Positions 39,212-48,616 of a DNA stretch of 64,000 bases are shown here, one piece after another (within the stretch, counting starts at the first letter, position 1; each line of letters begins with the position of its first letter). Made by a program: the position numbers and the translations under genes. The notes under the pieces were generated by a model that was not told where the DNA came from, searched no databases, and saw nothing but the letters and a program-made list of their open reading frames with translations. The DNA is from an uncultured virus (IMG/VR IMGVR_UViG_3300029955_000004) (taxonomy: Duplodnaviria > Heunggongvirae > Uroviricota > Caudoviricetes), in the IMG/VR virus record IMGVR_UViG_3300029955_000004, positions 1 through 64,000 of that record, one strand, 5' to 3'.

Positions 39212-40396
39212 TTAGACACCCATAGTCTCTTTCATAGCTTCAACAGATTTTGATGGTAACGTTGAATTTACTGTAATGTCTTCAAACATTGATTCTATTT
39301 TACTTTTATATGGGTTGTCTAATGATTTATCTGTTAAGAACACCATTTCATTCATACCCACTTTCTTACTATTAAATAAACCATAAGTATCAACATATGG
39401 AAATCCGATATAGTTATAATTTGAAGAGACTGGAACTTTTGTATAACTTTGTATATCAGAAATAGTTTTATCTCCGCTGAACTTCATAGTAACTCTATTA
39501 AAATCTTGAAATATCATAGGATTCATATATTCTATTTTATTACAGAAGAAGTTTACGCTTAAATTAATATTCTCATGTAAGAATGCTTGTTTTTCACTAT
39601 GATTAAATGACTGACCAATAGGGTGTGATTTGAACATACATCCAGTTGCTTTAGCCCATTTTGTAATATACTGTCTTGAAGGATCTAAAATAAATCTATA
39701 AATAGAACATGTATAATTCATTCTTCTTAAGAAGATATCGTCCTGATAAGCAACAGTTAAACCAGTTGGTAATAGTTCAACATAATGCAACCAGTAATAT
39801 AACAAAGCACTGATAAAACTACCTTGAATATCTCTGAATGTTAAATTTAAATCATATGTTCTATTCAACATATCTGAACCACGAACAAATGTAAAATCTT
39901 CACAGAAGAATCCTTCTGCAATTGTTTCAGTATCGAGTGTAGGATCTGGCCAACCAGTCTGACTCATTAATGTATTAGATAATGGGATAAGAAAAGGAGA
40001 ATTATTATCAATAAATGGACACTGGTCCGCTAATGGTTTAAATACTCCAGAATCTGCTAAATATGTATCCAGCATCATTCTGACTGCAAAATTAATACTT
40101 GTAGTATCAATGGTATCTAACATAGCCATTACGTTATCTCGTCTTAAAGAAGGCATAGATAAATTAAGTCTAGGTCTTGTTATAAAAGTAAGACCTGGTG
40201 TATCAGTAACAGGCAACATAACATTTCTATTAAATCGATCATACGATGCCAAAATGTTTTCATATTGATACTCAGAACTGCCGAAACCCGAATACATAAA
40301 AGATTGTTTTGTAAGAAGATCCATTATTTCTTGGTGTTCGCCATCATAAAGACTTATATTTCCAGTACTAGCTTTTTGTATTTCATAGTCGCCCAT
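39212..40396 (-). CDS. Virion structural protein (phiKZ gp88-like)
   Basis: GLTFITRPRLNLS, FLIPLSN, GWPD and NYTCSIYRFILD motifs; start at 40396 after GGAGG. Confidence 0.75.
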   Translation of the reverse strand: MGDYEIQKASTGNISLYDGEHQEIMDLLTKQSFMYSGFGSSEYQYENILASYDRFNRNVMLPVTDTPGLTFITRPRLNLSMPSLRRDNVMAMLDTIDTTSINFAVRMMLDTYLADSGVFKPLADQCPFIDNNSPFLIPLSNTLMSQTGWPDPTLDTETIAEGFFCEDFTFVRGSDMLNRTYDLNLTFRDIQGSFISALLYYWLHYVELLPTGLTVAYQDDIFLRRMNYTCSIYRFILDPSRQYITKWAKATGCMFKSHPIGQSFNHSEKQAFLHENINLSVNFFCNKIEYMNPMIFQDFNRVTMKFSGDKTISDIQSYTKVPVSSNYNYIGFPYVDTYGLFNSKKVGMNEMVFLTDKSLDNPYKSKIESMFEDITVNSTLPSKSVEAMKETMGV

Positions 40397-40482
40397 ATGG
40401 AATTCGCCTCCATAAAGTGTACAAATCATAGTATATTTTAAAAAGATATTTTATAGATTGTGGAATTATAAGGATTTCCAAA

Positions 40483-41862
40483 ATGGCTATTCCTGCCGTG
40501 CTTACTGCCGTCTCTGGCGTTTCGTCTATGCTTAATGCTGTAAAGTCATTAGGTGTTAAAACTCCAGAAGGTGAGGTTACTGTTGGTGATGTTATTAATG
40601 CCACTAAAGATATTAAAGATAGTGCTAATGTAAGTCTTTTTTCATTTGCTAAAAAGAGCATGATCATAAGCCGTATTTACATCGACGAAACTGTTGCTTC
40701 TGAACCTATCATGACAGATGTCGTTAAAACAACACACAACTTATTTGCTGCTCTTGTCCTTAATGCTCTCCAGATGAACAATTATGTTACCGGTGGTAAG
40801 ACTATTGAAAGCATGATTAAGGTTGTCGCTACTGAATCTCTGACAAAAGAACATGTTTCTTCTATTGCCGCTTTCGAAGCTATGAATACAACATATAAAA
40901 CAAAAATTAAATTAAACAGAAATGTCTTTAGTTTAGAAGATTTAAAGGAAGATGAATTTAAATATAAGCAGCAAAAAGATGCTGTTGATTACATCATCGA
41001 CCATAGTAAAGATGCTTATAAAAGAAATAAAGATGAACAAGATCGTACTCATCAGGACAATCGTGATAAGACACAAGATGAGAAAGATCGTTTGGCTCAG
41101 AAGAGCAGACAACAAGATACAATGCTTAAAATTATGGATCTTGAAAATAAGAATAAGCAGACTCCTTATGGTACAAAAGGCCAGGTTGTCTCATTAGCTG
41201 GTGACAATCATATTCCTGCTGGTAAAGTTATTGAAGTTACTCTACAGAACCCTGATAATCATCACGCCAATGTCACTATTAATTTATTAGTTCAGATGTC
41301 TCCCTACATCATGCCGATCCGTGTTGCTATTGAAGCTATTAAACTGAATGTTGTTCATACATTTATGCAGCGCTACTTACAGTGGAAGACTGGTGAGATT
41401 TCTTTCTGGGGCGATCTTGTGTTTAATATGGATGTTATTCGTGATCGTAATAAAGCTATGCGTCAGGATAGCACTGGTATTCTATCTGAGATGGCTAAAC
41501 AGCAGACTAAAAATCGTGGTAAAGCATATGCTAATATTGCTTATAAGCAAGCAGACCGTTCTCGCAATTTAGCAAATGCTGTCATGGTATTTAGCGGCGA
41601 TGCTGCTAAATTGGCTCAGGCAGAATCTGGTTTTACATTTGAAAATAAAGAAATGCGCGATGACTTCTTTGCTAAGTCTTTTACCATGATGATTATCATT
41701 GTTGATACGATGTACAATACTGTCACTATGTATTACAATGGTTTAGATACTGTTTCTACATTTACATTTGATCAAATGAAAACATCTGCTAAGGGTGGTG
41801 GGAACTTAGATATTGTCTCTGTTCTTAATGCTTTAAACCAGGGCAAGGCTCCTAAGTTCTAA
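40483..41862 (+). CDS. Internal head protein (phiKZ gp89-like)
   Basis: Divergent from the gp88-like gene; WKTGEISFWGDLVF motif; several S/A-x-E protease-type sites. Confidence 0.7.
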   Translation: MAIPAVLTAVSGVSSMLNAVKSLGVKTPEGEVTVGDVINATKDIKDSANVSLFSFAKKSMIISRIYIDETVASEPIMTDVVKTTHNLFAALVLNALQMNNYVTGGKTIESMIKVVATESLTKEHVSSIAAFEAMNTTYKTKIKLNRNVFSLEDLKEDEFKYKQQKDAVDYIIDHSKDAYKRNKDEQDRTHQDNRDKTQDEKDRLAQKSRQQDTMLKIMDLENKNKQTPYGTKGQVVSLAGDNHIPAGKVIEVTLQNPDNHHANVTINLLVQMSPYIMPIRVAIEAIKLNVVHTFMQRYLQWKTGEISFWGDLVFNMDVIRDRNKAMRQDSTGILSEMAKQQTKNRGKAYANIAYKQADRSRNLANAVMVFSGDAAKLAQAESGFTFENKEMRDDFFAKSFTMMIIIVDTMYNTVTMYYNGLDTVSTFTFDQMKTSAKGGGNLDIVSVLNALNQGKAPKF

Positions 41863-41876
41863 GAAAGGTTCTTTCC

Positions 41877-42860
41877 ATGAAATTTATGTTAGGTGGGTTC
41901 TTCTCCCGCATCTTCAAGTCTAAGAAGAATTCTATTCGTAAGTCTGATTTATTAGATATTATTGATATCAATCTTGAAAATGTTGACGATATGATCGATA
42001 TCACTTCTAAGAGTATTGATGTCTTAAAATCTTTAACGGTTATTATTAGAAATAAGAAACAGAACCATAACATTTCTGATTTTTATAATCATTATAGTAA
42101 TTTCTTGAAGTTGACAAATACTACAGTTGCTGGTTTAGAATCTAAAGCTATGTTGAGTTCTTTTATTACTCTATTTAAGATCATGGAAAACGATTTGACA
42201 ATTATTAGAAATGAATTTAATACTGTTTTTAGTGCGGGAACAGACCCTACTGAGATTACTATTGAACAGATGAAGATGTCTCATGCTTCTTGTATCGGTT
42301 ATATTCAGTTCATTCCTAAAGTTATCAACTTTTATACTTACATGTTTGATTACATGATGGCAGATGCTACAAATACAGTCGATACTGTTCCTCGGTATCG
42401 TATTGAAGAAATTATTGCAAATACGAATGCTGTTGCTTCATTCTTTGATATTCTATTCAATCGTAGATCTGGTCAGACTATTTTAACTGAAATTGAAATG
42501 ATGCGTAAGAATAATAATGACTTCTTTATTCAGACGGATAAAGTCGTTATTGATGATACTGTTAATTTCAATGATTATAGCATTGCTATTAAAGGGTTAT
42601 TGAATACTGGATTTGCTGTATTCTCTCCTATTTTGTTTGTTATGGATTCTATTGAAAGTGTCAAGCGTCGTATTAATGAAGAACGTAAATATAGAAAAGA
42701 TTGGTTATTGGCTAAGATTTCATTATATCGCCAGATGATGCAGAAGTTGGATACTGAATCTGCCGATTATAGAAAACTCGAAGAATTGGTTAATAAATTG
42801 AATGACGAAGTTACAAAATGCGATAAGGCTATCCATGATTTCGAGGTAGGCCATGGCTAA
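41877..42860 (+). CDS. Internal head protein (phiKZ gp90-like)
   Basis: 327 aa, helical with C-terminal coiled coil, directly after the gp89-like gene. Confidence 0.6.
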   Translation: MKFMLGGFFSRIFKSKKNSIRKSDLLDIIDINLENVDDMIDITSKSIDVLKSLTVIIRNKKQNHNISDFYNHYSNFLKLTNTTVAGLESKAMLSSFITLFKIMENDLTIIRNEFNTVFSAGTDPTEITIEQMKMSHASCIGYIQFIPKVINFYTYMFDYMMADATNTVDTVPRYRIEEIIANTNAVASFFDILFNRRSGQTILTEIEMMRKNNNDFFIQTDKVVIDDTVNFNDYSIAIKGLLNTGFAVFSPILFVMDSIESVKRRINEERKYRKDWLLAKISLYRQMMQKLDTESADYRKLEELVNKLNDEVTKCDKAIHDFEVGHG

Positions 42861-43809
42861 TTCAAGACTCGATAGACAGGCTGATATTAAGAAATTCAAG
42901 TTACTGAGTAGTGATTCTGATATTGCTTATTTTATGATTATGGTTCTTAAGTATACCAATCTACTAAGACGGTTTAATGATAAAAATTATGTATTTGAAA
43001 AAGGTATTCATTATCTACATGAATTCAAACAGTTCTCATTGACACCAATGCCAACTGAATTAGATTATGATGAGCAGTTTGGTGTCTATGGTAATAAAAC
43101 TAAAAATATTCAGAATACGGTTTTACAGAAATTTATTTCATCTTCCATTAATACAAATATTATGACAATGTATGCTGGTCTATTTAAATGTATTGATAGA
43201 ATGACAACTGGTAGATCATTATCAGTAAATATTGATACATTAGATCCCATTTCTTTAGAATATGTTAAATCTATATTGAAGCTAACTAATTTCAATAATA
43301 CGAAAACTATAAGTGGCGATAACAATATTCTTTATAATTTGGAAACAACACTTTATAGTACAATGATTGGCTCTTTAAATGGTGTTGCAAAATCCATTTC
43401 TTATATCAGCCCTTTTATTGACAAGATAAGAACTATCACAACATCTGAAGTATTAGAGTTTAAAGATCATGTAAGTATTTTAAGAATTTTTATCTATATC
43501 ATTTGCAGAATGACAAATACAAGTATAAATGAAATTGAATGTAATTTTAAACATGTTCATCATAGAAGATTAGATTTTAAAATATCTAATAGCACACTAT
43601 TGTGTGCTCCTATTTCTCTTCCTGTTATCAAATCTATTCCAGAAGAAAATTATCAAATTTCGAATGATGGTAGTGAATACCTTATTGCTATGGAAGATTA
43701 TTTCTCTAGATTAGCAGGCTTGTATACACGATTCAATGAAGACAATGTTTCAGTCATTAATAAGAAGTTAAAATCTCCGTTATATACTACGAATGCTATT
43801 TGGGGCTAG
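42853..43809 (+). CDS. Probable virion protein
   Basis: 318 aa, overlaps the previous gene, in the head-protein operon. Confidence 0.55.
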   Translation: MANSRLDRQADIKKFKLLSSDSDIAYFMIMVLKYTNLLRRFNDKNYVFEKGIHYLHEFKQFSLTPMPTELDYDEQFGVYGNKTKNIQNTVLQKFISSSINTNIMTMYAGLFKCIDRMTTGRSLSVNIDTLDPISLEYVKSILKLTNFNNTKTISGDNNILYNLETTLYSTMIGSLNGVAKSISYISPFIDKIRTITTSEVLEFKDHVSILRIFIYIICRMTNTSINEIECNFKHVHHRRLDFKISNSTLLCAPISLPVIKSIPEENYQISNDGSEYLIAMEDYFSRLAGLYTRFNEDNVSVINKKLKSPLYTTNAIWG

Positions 43810-43843
43810 TATTTTTCACAGACACAAGAACGAGTCAAAAATC

Positions 43844-45286
43844 ATGGCAAATACAAAAAAGCGTATTTCACTATCGAATGTCATTTCGATTGTGTCTCAG
43901 TTCAAGGATGCGATCAATGGTGTTCGTAGTGGCCTTGAGAATATGCAGCATATTAGCTGCGAATTGAAAGAATCTCGTCATATCGCTAATGTTCTCAGAC
44001 ACGGTGGTATGAACAAATCTATTATCTCTATTATTAATCCTGGTAATATTCACACTGGTTCTATTAAATCTATGCCTGCTCAAGAATCCCTTGATGATGT
44101 TGATGTCGATCCTACAGATCGCCGTGTTGAAAGTTTAACTTCTGAAATAGATGATATTAATGATTCCAATAATACTCGTATAAAGGATTGGTTGGGTAAT
44201 GTCAGAGATAACCTTGGTGAAGTCTTCTCGAAACTCGAAGACAATGTTGCTCTGCTTGATGCGCAATTGGATAAAACTTCTGCTCGCCTTTCCACGAATA
44301 GTGTTGAAAATACTGAAGTCAATAATACTGCTCTTGTTGCGATCAATTCTTCGGCCTTGTTAGAAAAATTAAATGTACTTAAAAATCTGATTAAAGATAT
44401 CGATATTAAACACATTGATCCTCTGGATAATGATAGTATTAATGCTGTTGCTGAACATCTGAAATCTTTTGTTGAAGCTCTCAATCCTATTACTGGTGCT
44501 CAATATGATCAGTCTTCAAATACAATTATTCATTTAAAAGATAATATCAAAGAAAATTATATTGAATCGAAGGGTACTGTCAATAATCTCGGTTACAGTT
44601 ACCAGAATGTTCTGGAAATCATTACCGCTGCTGATGAACTCTGTGATGAACTTGAAGTGCTCATCGGTCGCGCTGAAGGCATTTTGACCAATGTCTCTGA
44701 CATGGTCAACTATGCTCATGGTGTCGACAATGATGTTCCGCCTCAGGTTGAAAATGCTATTGGTAATGAGGATGATATCGAGACACCGTCAAACGTGTCA
44801 CAAATCGACATCATTCATGATAATATAGCTCATCACGTATCGCTGTTTATCGAAACTATTGATGCTGCGTTATCGTGCATTTCTTGTGTTCTGCATGTTG
44901 CAGATCCGTTTACAAAGAAAGAGGACATCATGCCTGATATAGATGAAAACTTGGACATCGTCACCGACGCCGAAGACATTCTGGATGCCGATCCTGCCAA
45001 TCTGGTGGTCGAAGACGAGGAAGTCGAAGTTCCCGCCGACCTCGAATTCGGTGCTGTCGAAGATGCTGAGCTGGCTGGCGAAGGCAATGGCGCCGAGAAC
45101 ACCTTCGAAGATCCTATCGATCTGCCGGAAAAGACCGAGGACAAGCTGGAAGGTGAAGGGTTCGAGGACCCCGAGAACGACGGCCAGCATCATGAGATCA
45201 ACAACGACGATCCCGAAAATGCCGGCAATGGCGAACGCCATGAAGAAGACTCGGCCGGCGCCGAAGTCGATCCTGAAAACCTGTAA
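43844..45286 (+). CDS. Probable internal head protein with very acidic C-terminal tail
   Basis: MPAQESLD protease-type site; last ~115 aa are D/E-rich; position in the head cluster. Confidence 0.6.
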   Translation: MANTKKRISLSNVISIVSQFKDAINGVRSGLENMQHISCELKESRHIANVLRHGGMNKSIISIINPGNIHTGSIKSMPAQESLDDVDVDPTDRRVESLTSEIDDINDSNNTRIKDWLGNVRDNLGEVFSKLEDNVALLDAQLDKTSARLSTNSVENTEVNNTALVAINSSALLEKLNVLKNLIKDIDIKHIDPLDNDSINAVAEHLKSFVEALNPITGAQYDQSSNTIIHLKDNIKENYIESKGTVNNLGYSYQNVLEIITAADELCDELEVLIGRAEGILTNVSDMVNYAHGVDNDVPPQVENAIGNEDDIETPSNVSQIDIIHDNIAHHVSLFIETIDAALSCISCVLHVADPFTKKEDIMPDIDENLDIVTDAEDILDADPANLVVEDEEVEVPADLEFGAVEDAELAGEGNGAENTFEDPIDLPEKTEDKLEGEGFEDPENDGQHHEINNDDPENAGNGERHEEDSAGAEVDPENL

Positions 45287-45302
45287 TTTTTCAGGCTGAT
45301 CA

Positions 45303-45335
45303 TATACCAGGTGGAGCATTGCTCCACCTGGTATA
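45303..45335 (+). terminator. Hairpin terminator
   Basis: TATACCAGGTGGAGCA-T-TGCTCCACCTGGTATA, then T-rich sequence. Confidence 0.8.
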
Positions 45336-45396
45336 GATTTTCTTATTATTTTAGACCACTTTATAGATCATTTCTTTTTTATACGAAAGGACAAAA

Positions 45397-46821
45397 ATGT
45401 TAACATATGGCTTTGAACGCATTTCTTTTCAAAATAATAGTAAATTAGCTAAACGTATTTTTACTTGTGTTAATGATACAATGATTAAGTTAGAGGATAA
45501 ATATAATGAAGTTAAAACATTTACGATAGGAACTGTACATCCATATACTGAAATAACTGATAAGTTTAAGAAAGAGTTAGAGACTATTGTTTTTGAAGAA
45601 ACCGGAGTAAACAATCAAGTTTTTGTAGATCCTTCTTTAACTTATTTTAATGGGGCTATGTTAACACTATTTGATCCTATCATTGAAAAAGATGATTTAA
45701 ATTCTCATATTTATATTACTGATGCTATGCAAGGAACACATAACGATATAGAACATAATAAATCTAATTATAATTCATATAAACAAACATTAGAAATAAT
45801 TTCAAATAATTTAGATCTAAATACTTCAAGATTAAAGTCTAATGTTTCAAAGATAAGATCAAAGTTATTTTTATATTTATCAGTATTAATGAGTAAGTGC
45901 TTATATCCTGTTCATATTACACCAGAAGAAGTGACTGCAATGATCTTACATGAAATTGGTCACACTATGACATATATTGAATTATGTACAGCTATGTATC
46001 ATAGATGTGATATTATTTCAAATTCTGTAAAACTATTACAATTAGAAAAAGATGATGAAATTTTAAATAAATACGGAACTGATCTTATTGAAATCATTAA
46101 GAATAATAAAGACCTAACAACTATAGAAAAAGAAAACTTAATTAAATTGATAACTGACGATAATAAGAATAAAGCATATAATTTAGGAATAGCAACCATC
46201 ATTACTGCTATATCCGATAAGAAACTTATTTCAGATAAAAACTTTCAGAATGCTAAAGTAAGTGATATCGTATTAACTAAATTAAACTTTGCTTATATAG
46301 AAAGAATAGCTGACGAATTTTGTGTTAGGCATGGATATGGTCATCATCTCATCTCTGGGCTTGAAAAATCTAGAAAATATCAGTTAGGAGATTTCGATAC
46401 TAAGTATGTACCGTATGTAAGAACTGTCTCTACTTTAACATTATTAATGAAATATTTCTTTGGTCCTATTACAAACGGATTCATAAGTGGATACGATGAT
46501 GATATCTTAAGATGCGAAGAAGTTTATTTTAATACATTAGTTCGATTTAAAGATAGTAATTTACCAAAGGATGTTTCACTAGATTTTATTAATTCTATTA
46601 AATCATTGAAGAATACTATCAATGAGATTAAGGAAAGAGATATTCATAAGTTTAGAAATTTGATATTCAGTACTATCCTACGTATATCAAATTCTGGATC
46701 ATTATCAGATATGTTAGCATCTGCAAATATGATTAGAGATTATGAGATTTTACAGAAGATGACAAACAATCTTATTCGTAATCCTTTTTACTATCAATCA
46801 GAACGACTAAAACATTTTTAA
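45397..46821 (+). CDS. Virion-associated zinc metallopeptidase-like protein (M48-like zincin)
   Basis: ILHEIGH (HExxH) plus ERIADEFCVRHGYG (ExxAD); N-terminal GFE|RISFQ resembles processed phiKZ head proteins. Confidence 0.75.
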   Translation: MLTYGFERISFQNNSKLAKRIFTCVNDTMIKLEDKYNEVKTFTIGTVHPYTEITDKFKKELETIVFEETGVNNQVFVDPSLTYFNGAMLTLFDPIIEKDDLNSHIYITDAMQGTHNDIEHNKSNYNSYKQTLEIISNNLDLNTSRLKSNVSKIRSKLFLYLSVLMSKCLYPVHITPEEVTAMILHEIGHTMTYIELCTAMYHRCDIISNSVKLLQLEKDDEILNKYGTDLIEIIKNNKDLTTIEKENLIKLITDDNKNKAYNLGIATIITAISDKKLISDKNFQNAKVSDIVLTKLNFAYIERIADEFCVRHGYGHHLISGLEKSRKYQLGDFDTKYVPYVRTVSTLTLLMKYFFGPITNGFISGYDDDILRCEEVYFNTLVRFKDSNLPKDVSLDFINSIKSLKNTINEIKERDIHKFRNLIFSTILRISNSGSLSDMLASANMIRDYEILQKMTNNLIRNPFYYQSERLKHF

Positions 46822-46826
46822 TACAG

Positions 46827-46860
46827 TAGTCTGAGAAGGCCTCTCGGCCTTCTCAGACTA
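46827..46860. terminator. Hairpin terminator
   Basis: TAGTCTGAGAAGGCC-TCTC-GGCCTTCTCAGACTA. Confidence 0.8.
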
Positions 46861-46899
46861 GGATATCTATATAAATTGTAATTCGTTTTATTTCAGATA

Positions 46900-46907
46900 T
46901 ATATTAC
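46900..46907 (+). promoter_or_regulatory. Early promoter motif TATATTAC
   Basis: TTTCAGATATATATTACTATTTTG between a terminator and a GC-rich gene. Confidence 0.75.
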
Positions 46908-46987
46908 TATTTTGCATAGATAGATATAGAAGTCTCGTTTGTGCTAGATACGGCAAGGTATCTATAAGTAACTTGAGGAGAGCCATC

Positions 46988-47665
46988 ATGTCACTTAATC
47001 CCGAAGATGAACAGTTCGGCGATGATGGCGAGCAAGGAACTCCTAAGTTCGCCCTTCCTCCGAGAGAGCTTAAAGCTGTCCCGTTGGAGGCGACACCCGA
47101 ACGAGTTGCGGAGCTTAATCGTCGAGGAACGGTTGTTGCCAATATCCTCAACGAACTTGTTCGGCAGGATGAGCTCGCAGGCTTTACGCCGGAACAAATC
47201 AAGATCCGACATAAAGCTCAGTACTACCAAGCTTTAGCATTACAGACGCTCAATCCGAACGCCTGCATCACAATTATCGATCCTTTGGAGAATCTCGAAA
47301 TGCCCAAGAACAACGAAACCCTCGTCGACATCGCCAATTCCCAGGCCGTCAACCTCGAAACCATCGAAGTGAAGCCCGAGATCATTCGACTCGAATCAGG
47401 CGAACTTGTGCAGGTCCTGCGTCTGTCGAACGGCCAGATCATTCCGCTCAATCAGCGTGGCGGCATCAACCAGACCACCGGCAATCCCCAGATCATTTCC
47501 GTTCCGGCGGAAAAGGAAGAAGAAGAAGGTTATTCCTGGAAGAAGATCGCGCTCGGCGTGGTCGGCCTCGCCATCGTCGGCGGCGCCCTCTATTACGGCT
47601 ACAAACAAATCAGCGGCAATTCCGAAGCTGTCGGCGATGTGGCCATGGCTCTGGCTGAAGTCTGA
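46988..47665 (+). CDS. Early tail-anchored membrane protein, GC-rich codon usage
   Basis: GAGGAG RBS; C-terminal TM WKKIALGVVGLAIVGGALYYGYK; 36/60 G+C at 47521-47580. Confidence 0.8.
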   Translation: MSLNPEDEQFGDDGEQGTPKFALPPRELKAVPLEATPERVAELNRRGTVVANILNELVRQDELAGFTPEQIKIRHKAQYYQALALQTLNPNACITIIDPLENLEMPKNNETLVDIANSQAVNLETIEVKPEIIRLESGELVQVLRLSNGQIIPLNQRGGINQTTGNPQIISVPAEKEEEEGYSWKKIALGVVGLAIVGGALYYGYKQISGNSEAVGDVAMALAEV

Positions 47666-47670
47666 TCGGC

Positions 47671-47707
47671 ATGGATGGGGGAGAGTAACATCTCCCCCTC
47701 CGTCCAT
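47671..47707 (+). terminator. Hairpin terminator
   Basis: ATGGATGGGGGAGA...TCTCCCCCTCCGTCCAT imperfect stem, then T-rich sequence. Confidence 0.65.
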
Positions 47708-47740
47708 ACAATTTTATTTTTCTTTATGTGGAGAAAAACT

Positions 47741-48163
47741 ATGGATGACCTCATTGAATGTTATTTGATAATCGATAGCATTCAATTTTATTATACTTCA
47801 AAACATGATGGAGTTTGTGTTATTCAGGTTGATAATTACTTTAAAGGAAATAGCTACAAGCCAGTAAAGAAAGTTTATGGAATTGGTAAACCCATTAATA
47901 GATTAGAAACTAAAATTTCTAATTTAGAAATGCCAATAAAGAATGGGTACTTATTTGAAAAAGTAGATAGTATCATATATTTTGTTGCTATTGAAGAACG
48001 AACAGATATTAAAATAATTTGGGATACCAGAAATACAATTTCATTAGTTGATTTTATCGAGAAGCGAGTACATGCTATTGATGCTATTGACAAGACTTTA
48101 AAAAGTAGAATTATTTGGAAACTGGAGAATGATCATGGGTACTGGCGAAACGCTGTAAATTGA
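47741..48163 (+). CDS. Hypothetical protein
   Basis: ATG at 47741 with GGAG RBS; 140 aa. Confidence 0.7.
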   Translation: MDDLIECYLIIDSIQFYYTSKHDGVCVIQVDNYFKGNSYKPVKKVYGIGKPINRLETKISNLEMPIKNGYLFEKVDSIIYFVAIEERTDIKIIWDTRNTISLVDFIEKRVHAIDAIDKTLKSRIIWKLENDHGYWRNAVN

Positions 48164-48193
48164 TGAAGGACGAGGCTATGCCTCGTCCTTCAT
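48163..48193. terminator. Bidirectional hairpin terminator
   Basis: ATGAAGGACGAGGC-TAT-GCCTCGTCCTTCAT between convergent genes. Confidence 0.8.
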
Positions 48194-48202
48194 TGATATT
48201 TT

Positions 48203-48616
48203 TTAAGAAGATGTGTTTGTCACAGTACATTTATATCCAGCATTGCTTAAAATAGTAATGATACTATCTTGTCCATTATTAGGAATATCATAAACATCTA
48301 TAGTGTAAATGGTCGTATCTTGAATAATACTAAAACTACCATTCTGAATCCATTCATTGGCAAATACAACCAATGTACCATCATCGAGTCTAATTAAGAA
48401 ATATGTTAATGTCTGATAAGCTGGGATAGCACTATTATTTTTTTGTGCATCTGTATTATACTGAACAATATCACGATACTGTTGAGCAATGTCATACTCA
48501 ACAATACCACGGATAGTACCAGAATAGCTGACACTATCTTTGTTATTAACTGATGTAAAAACTACTTTATCTCCACGAATACTATCTGTAACATATTGAG
48601 TCATTGTAGATGTCAT
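48203..48616 (-). CDS. Conserved jumbo-phage hypothetical protein (possible SH3-like virion protein)
   Basis: 137 aa, abuts the chaperonin stop; beta-rich. Confidence 0.65.
   Translation of the reverse strand: MTSTMTQYVTDSIRGDKVVFTSVNNKDSVSYSGTIRGIVEYDIAQQYRDIVQYNTDAQKNNSAIPAYQTLTYFLIRLDDGTLVVFANEWIQNGSFSIIQDTTIYTIDVYDIPNNGQDSIITILSNAGYKCTVTNTSS

Noticed and set aside
44833..47768. Overlapping alternative-frame and antisense ORFs (44833-45319, 46888-47768)
   Set aside because: They are expected shadows of GC-rich coding sequence with few stop codons; no RBS or recognisable motifs
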